Below are positions 38,700 to 48,960 of a stretch of 64,000 bases of DNA, one piece after another. Each line of letters starts with the position of its first letter. Within the stretch, counting starts at the first letter, position 1. The translations under genes were made by a program, and so were the position numbers. A model generated the notes under the pieces. The model did no database searches, was not told the DNA's origin, and saw nothing but the letters and a program-made list of their open reading frames with translations. Source of the stretch: Roseobacter sp. (lineage in GTDB: Bacteria > Pseudomonadota > Alphaproteobacteria > Rhodobacterales > Rhodobacteraceae); assembly GCA_045106135.1 (NCBI GenBank), contig JBGCEG010000061.1, positions 34,809 to 98,808 of the forward strand, in the 5' to 3' direction.

Positions 38700-40283
38700 A
38701 TGAATGATCAACTGAAGTACCTCAGCGCCCGCGCGGCGAGAGGACTGATAACACGCCGTGAATTTGTCGGCCGCGCTGCGGCCCTTGGATTGACAGCCGT
38801 GGCGGCAAATTCGATCCTGGCAAGTGCCGTACGTGCCGCAGGGCCGCAAACAGGCGGAACAATGCGCCTTGGCTTGCAAGGCGGGTCCACCACAGACAGC
38901 CTCGACCCGGCACCGGCGGCCAATTTTACCGCCACCCAAGTCAATTTGCTGTGGGGTGAACCTCTCGTGTCTCTGACCGATGACGGGGGCCTGGAAGGGC
39001 GCGTCGCAGAAAGCTTTGAAGGCTCATCTGACGCCAAAACCTGGACGTTTAAGCTGCGCAGCGGCATCACTTTTTCAAACGGGCAGGCCGTGACGGCAGA
39101 AGATGTGGCCGAAACCATTGACCGCCACGCAGGTGAAGACTCCAAGTCCGGCGCGCTCGGCCTTTTGCGCGATATCGACACGGTACGGGCTGAAGGTGAC
39201 AGCGTTGTGATCGGGCTGAAAACGCCGAATGCGGACCTGCCCTACTACATGCAGGATTACCACCTCGTGATCCAGCCCGGTGGCGGCAAGCAGGACCCGA
39301 CGGCGGCGATCGGTACGGGGCCTTACATCCTCAAAGAACACGAGATGGGTGTCCGCTTCATTTTTGAGAAAAACCCGAACTATTGGGGTGACTACGGCTA
39401 TGCCAATGAAATCGAGCTGATTGTTATCAACGACAATACAGCACGGGTTGCAGCCTTGCAGTCAGGTCAGGTGGACCTGATTGACCGCGTGCCACCACGG
39501 ACGGCCGGTCTGGTGGGCCGCGCACCAAACATCACGGTGCATTCTGAGCCATCTGCCGGGCACTACGTGTTCATCATGCACTGCAACACAGCACCTTTCG
39601 ACAACAACGATCTGCGTCTGGCCCTGAAGTACGCCATGAACCGTCAGGAAATGGTGGACAAGGTGCTCTTTGGCTATGGGTCGGTCGGGAACGATACGCC
39701 GATCAACGCCAGCTATCCGCTCTTTACCGAGATGCCTCTGCGCGAATACGATCCCGACAAAGCGAAATTTCACTTCGACAAGTCTGGTCATGATGGCGCG
39801 GTTTTGTTGCGCACGTCTGACAATTCGTTCCCCGGCGCACCGGATGCCGCTGCACTGTTCCAACAAAGCGCCGCAGGTGCCGGTATCACGCTGGATATCA
39901 AGCGCGAGCCAAACGACGGATACTGGTCCGAAGTCTGGAACGCTCAGCCCTTCTGCACCAGCTATTGGGGGGGCCGTCCTGTACAGGATCAGATGTTCTC
40001 GACCGCCTATCTGTCGACGGCAGACTGGAACGACACCCGGTTCTTCAACGAACAGTTTGACCAGATGTTGCTGGCAGCACGGGCTGAGCTTGATGACGTG
40101 AAGCGCAAACAGATCTATGCCGACATGGGTATGATCCTGCACAACGAAGGCGGGTTGATCTGCCCGATGTTCAACGATTTCGTTGACGCGCAGTCTGACC
40201 GCGTTGAGGGGTGGGTGTCCGGCGTTCCCGGCTTTGCCTTCATGAACAATTCTGCTCCTATGCGGATGTGGGTCACCTCCTGA
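38700..40283 (+). CDS. Peptide/nickel-type ABC transporter substrate-binding protein, Tat-exported
   Basis: ITRREFV twin-arginine signal, SLDP, WTFKLR.G..F.NG, GTGPY. Confidence 0.92.
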   Translation: MNDQLKYLSARAARGLITRREFVGRAAALGLTAVAANSILASAVRAAGPQTGGTMRLGLQGGSTTDSLDPAPAANFTATQVNLLWGEPLVSLTDDGGLEGRVAESFEGSSDAKTWTFKLRSGITFSNGQAVTAEDVAETIDRHAGEDSKSGALGLLRDIDTVRAEGDSVVIGLKTPNADLPYYMQDYHLVIQPGGGKQDPTAAIGTGPYILKEHEMGVRFIFEKNPNYWGDYGYANEIELIVINDNTARVAALQSGQVDLIDRVPPRTAGLVGRAPNITVHSEPSAGHYVFIMHCNTAPFDNNDLRLALKYAMNRQEMVDKVLFGYGSVGNDTPINASYPLFTEMPLREYDPDKAKFHFDKSGHDGAVLLRTSDNSFPGAPDAAALFQQSAAGAGITLDIKREPNDGYWSEVWNAQPFCTSYWGGRPVQDQMFSTAYLSTADWNDTRFFNEQFDQMLLAARAELDDVKRKQIYADMGMILHNEGGLICPMFNDFVDAQSDRVEGWVSGVPGFAFMNNSAPMRMWVTS

Positions 40284-40284
40284 T

Positions 40285-41244
40285 ATGGGACCCATGGCAA
40301 GACTACTGGCCCAGCGAATATCGCTGGGCCTGCTTCTTCTCTTTCTCGTCTCCATCGTCATCTTCGTAGGCACAATGGTTCTGCCCGGGGATGTGGCGCA
40401 ACAAATTCTCGGCCAGTCCGCCACCCCCGAAGCGCTTGCAAACCTGCGCGCTGAGCTTGGCGTCGATCAGCCCCCCGTTGCAAGGTACTTCGAATGGTTA
40501 GGCGGCCTTCTCAGAGGGGATCTGGGCACCGCCCTGACCTCTGGGCAATCCATCAATGAAGCAATTGGACGGCGCTTCTCCAATACATTGTTCCTCGCCG
40601 TCTCTGCCGCCGTGATCGCCGTGCCACTGGCCATTTTTCTGGGCCTGCTGGCCGTGCGCTACCGCGAGCGCTGGCCCGACAAGCTGATCTCAGCCACCAC
40701 GCTGACAACCATCTCGATGCCGGAATTTGTGATTGGCTACATCCTGATGTTCGTGCTGGGCGTGCAGTTGCGCTGGTTCTCGCCCACGTCTGTAGGATAC
40801 CGGCCAGATGCAGATTTCTTCACACGGCTTGAAGCCATTGCCATCCCGGTGATCGTGCTAACGCTGGTGGTGCTGGCGCATATGATGCGCATGACCCGCG
40901 CGGCCATCCTCAATGTGATGCAGTCCGCCTATATCGAAACCGCCGAACTCAAGGGCCTGTCCAGCTTCAGCGTCATTGCCAAACATGCCTTTCCAAATGC
41001 GATCGCGCCGGTGGTGAACGTGGTGATGCTCAACCTTGCCTACCTTGTGGTCGGCGTGGTGGTGGTTGAGGTGGTCTTTGTCTACCCCGGCATGGGTCAG
41101 TATCTCGTTGATCATGTGACCAAGCGCGATATCCCCGTGGTGCAAGCCTGCGGTATGATCTTTGCGGCAATCTACATTGGACTCAACCTTGTGGCGGATG
41201 TGGTTTCAATTGTCACAAACCCCCGCCTGAGGCATCCAAAGTGA
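40285..41244 (+). CDS. ABC transporter permease (DppB-like)
   Basis: PGD, GDLG, YIETAELKG, HAFPNA, VEVVF.YPGMG motifs. Confidence 0.92.
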   Translation: MGPMARLLAQRISLGLLLLFLVSIVIFVGTMVLPGDVAQQILGQSATPEALANLRAELGVDQPPVARYFEWLGGLLRGDLGTALTSGQSINEAIGRRFSNTLFLAVSAAVIAVPLAIFLGLLAVRYRERWPDKLISATTLTTISMPEFVIGYILMFVLGVQLRWFSPTSVGYRPDADFFTRLEAIAIPVIVLTLVVLAHMMRMTRAAILNVMQSAYIETAELKGLSSFSVIAKHAFPNAIAPVVNVVMLNLAYLVVGVVVVEVVFVYPGMGQYLVDHVTKRDIPVVQACGMIFAAIYIGLNLVADVVSIVTNPRLRHPK

Positions 41245-41293
41245 CCGGCGTGCAAAAGCCCCGCCAGTCCCTCTCACAACCGGAGGGCTGCTG

Positions 41294-42115
41294 ATGTTTG
41301 TCCGCATTCCCGTGGCCGCAATGCTTGGCCTGTTTTTCACTGCACTGTTCTTTCTAATCGCGATTTTCGCCCCGCTCATTTCGCCGTACGGCTATGACGA
41401 GGTTGTGTCTCAAGGGTTCTGGGACCCGCCCTCTGCGGAATTCCTGCTGGGCACCGACGGGATCGGGCGCGACCTGCTCAGCCGCATGATCTACGGACTG
41501 CGCACAACCATCTGGATCGCAACGCTTGCCACCATCCTCAGCTTCACCACAGGTTCGATTTTGGGCTTTCTGGCCGCCGTCGTCGGTGGCTGGGTCGATC
41601 AGGCGCTCTCGCGCTTTGTGGATCTGCTGATGTCGATCCCATCGCTGATCTTTGCGCTTGTGATCCTATCGATCACCCCCATCACCATTGGCGTGCTGAT
41701 TGTGGTTATGGGCTTTCTGGACAGCACCCGCGTTTATCGCCTTGCACGCGCCGTGGCCGTCGACATCAACGTGATGGAATACGTTGAGGCTGCAAAACTA
41801 CGCGGGGAAGGCCGGGGGTGGATCATCTTCCGCGAAATACTGCCCAATGCGCTCTCGCCCTTGGTGGCCGAAATGGGCCTGCGATTCATCTTCATGGTGC
41901 TGTTCATCTCAACCCTGTCCTTCCTTGGCCTTGGCATCCAGCCACCTCAGGCCGATCTGGGCGGGATCGTGAAGGAAAATACCGAAGGGCTGACCTACGG
42001 CATCGGTGCCGCCCTCTGGCCTGCCCTGACTATCGCGGTCCTTGCGATCTCGGTCAATCTGGTCGCTGACTGGGTCCTGAACAGAACCACCTCCCTCAAG
42101 GGAGGGCGCGGCTGA
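41294..42115 (+). CDS. ABC transporter permease (DppC-like)
   Basis: LGTD.IGRD..SR..YG, YVEAA..RG, ILPN, LSFLGLG motifs. Confidence 0.92.
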   Translation: MFVRIPVAAMLGLFFTALFFLIAIFAPLISPYGYDEVVSQGFWDPPSAEFLLGTDGIGRDLLSRMIYGLRTTIWIATLATILSFTTGSILGFLAAVVGGWVDQALSRFVDLLMSIPSLIFALVILSITPITIGVLIVVMGFLDSTRVYRLARAVAVDINVMEYVEAAKLRGEGRGWIIFREILPNALSPLVAEMGLRFIFMVLFISTLSFLGLGIQPPQADLGGIVKENTEGLTYGIGAALWPALTIAVLAISVNLVADWVLNRTTSLKGGRG

Positions 42116-42212
42116 TGTTCAGACTTACCAACGCCGCAAGGGTGGGCGGGTGGGCGCCTTTGGCGCAGCCAAACAGACCACGCCGCACGCCCAGAACAGA
42201 AAGGGCCACGCC

Positions 42213-43850
42213 ATGACCGACCCGCTTCTCAAAGTGCGTGGCCTGAAAATTGGCGCCACCATCTATCCACCCGGCGAAAAAGCCAAAGACATCGAAATTG
42301 TTCACGGTGTCGATTTCGACCTCGCCCCTGGCAAGGTGCTGGGCCTTATCGGCGAATCCGGCGCGGGCAAATCCACCATTGGCCTTGCCTCCATGGCCTA
42401 TGGGCGGGGTGGCGTTGAAATCATCGGCGGTGAGGTCTGGGTCAACGGACGTGACATAATTAAAACCGGCCTGCGCGACGTGCGCCGACTGCGCGGTGGT
42501 GAAGTCACCTACGTCAGCCAGTCAGCCGCCGCCTCTTTCAATCCCGCCAAGCAGATCATGGAGCAAGTGACAGAGGCCGCCATCTTCCAAGGCAAGTTCT
42601 CAAAAAAGCAGGCCGAGGAACGCGCAGTGACGCTGTTCACCAAACTGGGTCTGCCCGATCCTGAAAACATCGGCTCCCGCTTCCCGCATCAGGTCTCTGG
42701 CGGACAATTACAGCGCTGCATGACGGCGCTTGCGCTGTGCCCCGAACCCGATTTGGTGGTTTTTGATGAGCCCACCACAGCCCTCGACGTCACCACTCAA
42801 ATCGATGTGCTCGCGGCGATCAAAGAGGCCATCCGCGATACTGGCGTCGCGGCCCTCTATATCACGCACGATCTGGCGGTCGTCGCACAGGTGTCAGACC
42901 ATATCATGGTGCTGCGCATGGGCGATATGGTCGAATACGGCACCACCGATGAGATCATTAACCACCCGAAAGAAGACTACACCCAAGCACTCGTTTCCGT
43001 CCGTTCTGTGCAGCACAAAGAACAAAAACCGGGCGACACACCCGTGCTGGACGTGCAAGGCATTACTGCGCGCTACAAGGGCACAAACTTCGATGTGCTC
43101 AAGAACGTAAATGTCGAAATCCACCCCGGCCAGACGCTGGCAGTTGTGGGCGAAAGCGGCTCCGGCAAATCAACACTCGCGCGCGTCATAACTGGGCTCT
43201 TGCCCCCCCGGGACGGGACAATCACGTTCGACGGGCGCACCCTGACGCCTGACCTGCCCTCGCGCCCGATTGACGACCTGCGCGAGTTGCAGATGATCTA
43301 CCAGATGGCGGACACGGCCATGAACCCCCGCCAAACCGTGGGCACGATCATCGGACGGCCGCTTGAATTCTACTTCGGTCTGAAAGGGGCGGAGAAACAG
43401 AAACGCATACAGGAATTGCTTGACGCCATTGAAATGAGCGAGGGGTTTCAGGACCGCTACCCGGCCGAATTGTCTGGCGGTCAAAAGCAGCGCGTCTGCA
43501 TCGCGCGTGCGCTGGCCGCAAAGCCAAAACTGATCATCTGCGATGAAGTCACCTCAGCGCTCGACCCATTGGTCGCTGACGGCATCCTCAAACTGCTGTT
43601 ATCACTGCAAAAAAAAGAGAACGTAGCCTACCTCTTTATCACCCATGATCTGGCCACCGTGCGCGCCATCGCCGATAGTATCGCGGTGATGTATCAAGGT
43701 GAGGTGGTGCGCTACGGCCCCAAAAGTCAGGTGCTTAGCCCGCCTTTCGATGACTACACCGATTTGCTGCTGTCGTCGGTGCCGGAAATGAAGCTGGGGT
43801 GGCTCGAAGACGTGCTGGCCAATCGCAAGATGGAAAGCGCTGGTAACTGA
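42213..43850 (+). CDS. ABC transporter ATP-binding protein, duplicated ATPase domains
   Basis: GESGAGKS and GESGSGKS Walker A motifs, SGGQ twice, DEPT/DEVT. Confidence 0.93.
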   Translation: MTDPLLKVRGLKIGATIYPPGEKAKDIEIVHGVDFDLAPGKVLGLIGESGAGKSTIGLASMAYGRGGVEIIGGEVWVNGRDIIKTGLRDVRRLRGGEVTYVSQSAAASFNPAKQIMEQVTEAAIFQGKFSKKQAEERAVTLFTKLGLPDPENIGSRFPHQVSGGQLQRCMTALALCPEPDLVVFDEPTTALDVTTQIDVLAAIKEAIRDTGVAALYITHDLAVVAQVSDHIMVLRMGDMVEYGTTDEIINHPKEDYTQALVSVRSVQHKEQKPGDTPVLDVQGITARYKGTNFDVLKNVNVEIHPGQTLAVVGESGSGKSTLARVITGLLPPRDGTITFDGRTLTPDLPSRPIDDLRELQMIYQMADTAMNPRQTVGTIIGRPLEFYFGLKGAEKQKRIQELLDAIEMSEGFQDRYPAELSGGQKQRVCIARALAAKPKLIICDEVTSALDPLVADGILKLLLSLQKKENVAYLFITHDLATVRAIADSIAVMYQGEVVRYGPKSQVLSPPFDDYTDLLLSSVPEMKLGWLEDVLANRKMESAGN

Positions 43851-44044
43851 CGCCTGCCAGCGCATGCTTCTAAAGCCAGCGCATCTTGATACACCTAAGG
43901 TATGCATGTTTCGCAGGCATGGGCACACTGTTTTTTGCTTAAAGCGATGGCATAGACACCCAACCAATCGAAATCCTGCAAATAAGGATCGTTAGACAAG
44001 CAAAAATCGCGCACAGTAAAAGCAACTTGTGAAAGGAATTTGAT

Positions 44045-44773
44045 GTGCGCCTCACTTTGTTTGCACTTACTCTTCTGGCCAGCCTCGGCACCACCGCTCA
44101 TGCGGCCTCCCTCCAATCCATTCTGGCAAACGGCGGAAGCGTCACCGAAGGCGACGTGATCTTCAAAGACTTTGTTTTAACAGATCAACGCGGTGGCGGC
44201 GGTCGCTTTCCTGAAGACGACATGCCCACTGTGGACGAAATTCTGGTTACAACCACGTCCACAGCCAACTCGGTCACGCTGACCTTTGATTTCGTTCCCG
44301 AGGTCTTGGTGAGCGGCCTCACCGCCGCTGACAATTTTACCATGTTTTCATTCACCCTGGATCTGCGAACCAACATTGCTTCGACGTCAACGCGCACGTT
44401 TCAAAACTTCGGTGTCAGCACAACTTCCAGCGGCTTCGCAGCGACTGGATCTGGTTCCGTCGAGGTGTCTTCTTTCGCGTTACCTCGGATCGTCACGAGC
44501 ATCACAACGATCGATATATCCACACCGAACCCAACAGTGACATCAGCCAGCACCAGCCTGAATGGCGAAAGCAGTCTGGGCCTACGCAGCTTTATTGACG
44601 GCGTGAGTAAATCCAGCACATCCAGCGCGTCACTCAATCAGTTTTCCCTGACTCTCACCCTTGATGGTACGTCACCGACGATAGACGTCGTGCCATTGCC
44701 CGCCGGACTGCCTCTGATGCTCAGCGCCTTTGCCATTGGTGCTTTTGCCCTGCGACGTAAGAAAACCACTTAA
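44045..44773 (+). CDS. VPLPA-CTERM sorting-domain surface protein
   Basis: Signal peptide ending AHA-A; Ser/Thr-rich body; C-terminal VPLPAGLPLMLSAFAIGAFALRRKK. Confidence 0.9.
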   Translation: MRLTLFALTLLASLGTTAHAASLQSILANGGSVTEGDVIFKDFVLTDQRGGGGRFPEDDMPTVDEILVTTTSTANSVTLTFDFVPEVLVSGLTAADNFTMFSFTLDLRTNIASTSTRTFQNFGVSTTSSGFAATGSGSVEVSSFALPRIVTSITTIDISTPNPTVTSASTSLNGESSLGLRSFIDGVSKSSTSSASLNQFSLTLTLDGTSPTIDVVPLPAGLPLMLSAFAIGAFALRRKKTT

Positions 44774-44944
44774 CGGGTCGTTGTGGCACCGATTACCGTT
44801 CACCCCATTGCCGGCGCGCCGACTCAAAATGATGTCGGGGCGCCTGCACAGAGCAAAGTATCCTTTTGTGTCCTCTCGCCGCAATCTCAGGCTGCGCCGG
44901 GTCCCGCCTAGGCGTAAAGCCGGGATTTGCGGTTCGGGGGGAGC

Positions 44945-46840
44945 TTATTCTGCGGCGACTGCAGCCTCGGCCCGCTCCCATGGTCGCACAAAATCACCAA
45001 GCACTGCGTTGATGGCGTCATCGCTGGCACCCTGCGGCATGACCTGCGCGACCAGCCCACGCTTTTTGTCATCCACAACAGAAACGACGCGCGCCGGGCA
45101 TCCAGCCTCTTCGAGTGCGGCGTTGTAAATACGCGTAATCGCGTGTTTGCGCAAATCAGGCTTGAAGATTTTCCCCACGGCTGTTTTTGGCAATTCATCC
45201 AGTATGCTCAGGTGTTTGGGCTGGGCTGCACGCTCATGCACGCGGTCTTTGCAAAACGCCAGAAGTTCGGCTTCTGTGGCTTGCGCCCCGTCCACCAGTT
45301 CAACGAAGGCACAGGGCACCTCGCCGGAATGGGCGTCCGGCTGACCAATAGCCCCGGCAAAGGCCACCGCCTCGTGATGCAACAGCGCCTCTTCGATTTC
45401 CGCAGGATCAATGTTGTGCCCGCCCCGAATGATCAGGTCTTTGGCGCGTCCGGTAATCCACAGATAGTTTTCCACATCCATCCGCCCCAGATCGCCTGTG
45501 CGCAGGTAATCACCGTAAAACAGGTCAGCGTTCTTTTCGCTCTCAGTATAGGTATGGCCCACGTAGACGCCGGGGTTCGCGATACAGATTTCGCCAATCT
45601 CGTCCACCGCTGCCTCTATGGGGCCATCGGGGGTGTTCTTGAAAATCTTCACATCGCAATGGGGAAACGGAATACCGATAGAGCCTACTTTCTTTTCGCC
45701 ATCCACAGGGTTGCACGACACAAGGCAGGTCGCCTCCGTCAGGCCGTAGCCTTCGACCAGCGTCACACCGGTGGCCTTTTCAAACCGGCGGAACAGTTCC
45801 AGCGGCAAAGGGGCTGACCCGGAAAACGCAGTCTTGACCGAGCTTACATCCGCATCAATGGGCCGCTGCATCTTGGCAGAAATGGCCGTGGGCACCGTGA
45901 TGATAAACGTGATTTTCCAGCGCTCTACAAGCTTCCAGAAGTTGTCCATCACCCCTTCGCCCCGGTAACCCTGCGGCGTGGGGAACACCACATGCGCACC
46001 CGAGGTGATCGCGGCCATCAGGATGACGTGGCAGGCAAAAACATGGAACAGAGGTAGCGGGCAAATAATGTTGTCTTCTTCACTGAACAAAAGCCGCGTA
46101 CCAAGCCAGCCGTTGTAAATCATGCCGGAATATTTATGCTGGGCAACCTTCGGCATGCCCGTGGTGCCACCGGTATGGAAATAGCAGGCAACCCGGTCAT
46201 CTTCGGCCTCGTCCCACGCCAGCACTTTGGATTGTTTATTGATTTCGGTTGTGAAATCCAGATAGCGGGCATTGTTCTGAACCGCGCGTTTCGGGCGGAT
46301 CAACGGGACAATCCATGACTTCGGCGGGGTCAGATAGCGCAGCAAATCGACCTCAAGCACCATTTCGACATTTGGGGCCAGCTTGACCGCTTCGGCCGCT
46401 TTGTCAGAGACATCAGTCTTCGGAAATGGCTTCAGCGTGACCAGCACTTTTGCATTTGTCTCACGCAGGATGGAGCCGATTTGCTCTGCGTCCAGCAAGG
46501 GGTTGATCGGGTTTGCGATGCCAGCCACGGCCCCGCCCAGCAGGGTCAGAACCGTCTCGTTGCAGTTCGGCAGAACATAGGCCACAACGTCATTGTCACC
46601 GATCCCCAGACCGCGAAACAGGTTGGCCGTCTGGGCCGTCTTGTCGCGCAATGCAGACCACGTGATCGTTTCGGCCTTGTCTTTGGGGCCCGAGAATATC
46701 TGGTAACTGATCGCGTTGTGGTTCGGAAAACGCTCCGCCGTTGCAGTCAGTTGTGCCCAAAGGGTTTTTGCAACAGGGCGGTCAGCCCATGGCATTTCTG
46801 CTTCGATCGCATTGCGATCGTCCATACCGGCGAAAGTCAT
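44945..46840 (-). CDS. Acyl-CoA synthetase (AMP-binding)
   Basis: FHTGGTTGMPK, EGYGLTE, RTGDLG, GR.KD.IIRGG, TAVGK motifs. Confidence 0.9.
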   Translation of the reverse strand: MTFAGMDDRNAIEAEMPWADRPVAKTLWAQLTATAERFPNHNAISYQIFSGPKDKAETITWSALRDKTAQTANLFRGLGIGDNDVVAYVLPNCNETVLTLLGGAVAGIANPINPLLDAEQIGSILRETNAKVLVTLKPFPKTDVSDKAAEAVKLAPNVEMVLEVDLLRYLTPPKSWIVPLIRPKRAVQNNARYLDFTTEINKQSKVLAWDEAEDDRVACYFHTGGTTGMPKVAQHKYSGMIYNGWLGTRLLFSEEDNIICPLPLFHVFACHVILMAAITSGAHVVFPTPQGYRGEGVMDNFWKLVERWKITFIITVPTAISAKMQRPIDADVSSVKTAFSGSAPLPLELFRRFEKATGVTLVEGYGLTEATCLVSCNPVDGEKKVGSIGIPFPHCDVKIFKNTPDGPIEAAVDEIGEICIANPGVYVGHTYTESEKNADLFYGDYLRTGDLGRMDVENYLWITGRAKDLIIRGGHNIDPAEIEEALLHHEAVAFAGAIGQPDAHSGEVPCAFVELVDGAQATEAELLAFCKDRVHERAAQPKHLSILDELPKTAVGKIFKPDLRKHAITRIYNAALEEAGCPARVVSVVDDKKRGLVAQVMPQGASDDAINAVLGDFVRPWERAEAAVAAE

Positions 46841-46977
46841 TGGCTTCTCCTCCCAGAGCCCCGCGTGTCGCGAGTTTGTTGACTGCCATGAAAGATGCGG
46901 TGAAAAGCAGCGCGCCGCAAGAGCCATAGGTCAGCCGACGGCGCATTGGACGCCGCGTCAGAACAGGTAGCCTAGGT

Positions 46978-48789
46978 TTACTCTGCGGCAATCCCGTCGG
47001 TAAATTGCAACCGTGCAAGGCGCGCATAAAGCCCGTCTTCGCTGACCAGCTTCTGGTGCGGGCCCGATGCAACAATCCTGCCCTGATCCAGCACAACAAT
47101 GCGGTCCGCTTTCTTTACCGTCGCCAAGCGGTGCGCCACGATCAACGTTGTGCGCCCGGCGCTCAGGCGATCCACGGCGTTCTGGACTGCGCGCTCACTT
47201 TCAGCATCCAGCGCGCTTGTGGCCTCGTCCAGCAACAGCACCGGGGAATCGCGCAAGATAGCGCGCGCAATGGCGATCCGCTGCTTCTGGCCGCCCGACA
47301 GCATGACGCCCCTCTCGCCAAGATAGGCGTCATATGTCTGAGGCAGTTTTTCAATGAACTCATGGGCTGCAGCGGCCTTTGCCGCCGCTTCAACATCGGC
47401 GTCAGAGGCATCTTGCCGTCCAAACCGGATGTTTTCGCGCGCGGAGGCTGCAAAAATTACTGGGTCCTGTGGCACCAGGGCCAAAGACTGCCGGAAGTCT
47501 TCGCGGCGCAGACCCGCAATGTCAGCCCCATCCAACAGGATACGGCCCGACGATGGGTCATAAAACCGCAAGAGAATCTGGATAATCGTGGTTTTGCCAG
47601 CGCCGGACGGCCCCACAAACGCAACCGTTTCACCCGGTTCAATGGTCAGGCTCACCCCGTCCAGCGCAAGGGTATCGGGGCGCGACGGATAGGCAAATGT
47701 GACGTCTTCAAAGACGATGCGTCCCTGCACAGGCAACGGCAGTGACTGCGCGCCTTCGGGGTCTTGCACCGTGTCTTTGGTCTGGAGCAGTTCAACCAGC
47801 CGTTCCGTGGCCCCCGCCGCGCGCTGCAATTCACCCCAGATTTCCGAGAGCGCCGCAACACCACCTGCAACCATGATCGCGTAGATGACAAACTGCACCA
47901 GTTCACCCTGAGACATGGCCCCTGCGCGCACATCCGTGGCCCCGACCCACAACACCCCCACGATGCCCGCAAAAACGAGGAAAATGACGATGATCGTCAT
48001 GATCGCGCGGGTGGTGATCCTGCGCCGGGCGGCGTCAAAGGAAAGCTCTGTTACCTCACTGAATTGCCCCCGGCTTGCGGCCTCATGGGTAAAGGCCTGC
48101 ACCGTCTGAACAGCACTCAGGCTCTCTGAGGCATTGCCAGAGGACGCAGCAATCCAATCCTGATTTTCCCGGCTCAGCACGCGCAGTTTACGGCCCAGAA
48201 CAAGAATCGGGACGATCACCGCAGGCACCAGCAACAGCACCAGCCCTGTCAGCTTTGCAGAGGTGAACATCATCAGGATCAGGCCACCCACAAAGATCAG
48301 CAGGTTGCGCAAGGCAATCGAGACCGACGACCCAATGACCGACAGAATCAATGTAGTGTCCGTGGTGATCCGGCTGAGGACCTCGCCGGTCATGACTTTT
48401 TCGTAGAACGCGGGGCTCATGCCGATCACACGGTCAAACACGGCCTTGCGGATATCTGCGACGACGCGTTCCCCAAGTCGTGTGACAAGCGCATAGCGTA
48501 ACCCGGTTCCCAGCGCCAAGAGCAAGGCAATCGCCAGCGCTGCGGCAAAATACAGGTCCAGAACGTTTGAATCAGCAGTATCAAAGTTGTCGATCACTCT
48601 GCGGACTGCCAGCGGCAAGGTCAACGAAACCCCCGCCGTCACGACCAAAGCGCCGATCGCTGCGAACATCAGCATGCGGTAGGGCCAAAGAAAAGGGGTA
48701 AGCGCTGTCAAAGCCTTGAGCTGCTTTGATTTTTCGCGTTCCTCTGGTGTACCCGGCGCTTGTGGTCCGGGCGAAGATGATCTGGCCAT
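46978..48789 (-). CDS. MsbA-related ABC exporter (fused permease/ATPase)
   Basis: GERVVADIR TMD; GPSGAGKT, LSGGQKQR, LDEATSALD. Confidence 0.9.
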   Translation of the reverse strand: MARSSSPGPQAPGTPEEREKSKQLKALTALTPFLWPYRMLMFAAIGALVVTAGVSLTLPLAVRRVIDNFDTADSNVLDLYFAAALAIALLLALGTGLRYALVTRLGERVVADIRKAVFDRVIGMSPAFYEKVMTGEVLSRITTDTTLILSVIGSSVSIALRNLLIFVGGLILMMFTSAKLTGLVLLLVPAVIVPILVLGRKLRVLSRENQDWIAASSGNASESLSAVQTVQAFTHEAASRGQFSEVTELSFDAARRRITTRAIMTIIVIFLVFAGIVGVLWVGATDVRAGAMSQGELVQFVIYAIMVAGGVAALSEIWGELQRAAGATERLVELLQTKDTVQDPEGAQSLPLPVQGRIVFEDVTFAYPSRPDTLALDGVSLTIEPGETVAFVGPSGAGKTTIIQILLRFYDPSSGRILLDGADIAGLRREDFRQSLALVPQDPVIFAASARENIRFGRQDASDADVEAAAKAAAAHEFIEKLPQTYDAYLGERGVMLSGGQKQRIAIARAILRDSPVLLLDEATSALDAESERAVQNAVDRLSAGRTTLIVAHRLATVKKADRIVVLDQGRIVASGPHQKLVSEDGLYARLARLQFTDGIAAE

Positions 48790-48960
48790 ATCGTGTCTTT
48801 TGTTGCTCCCGCGAACAGTGATGGCCCGAGAGGCGCGCGGGGTCAAGTCAGACCCATGTCGCATAATGTCCCACATATCAATTTAGCGATCCCAAAGCAG
48901 ATCAACCGGCCGGTTTCCCGGAGCCCCCCAAAGCGCGCCAACGCTGTGCACGCCTCAGGG

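Noticed and set aside
43921-43938. Sigma54 promoter (GGCAC...TTGC) upstream of the VPLPA-CTERM gene
   Set aside because: GG to GC spacing is 13 nt rather than the required 10
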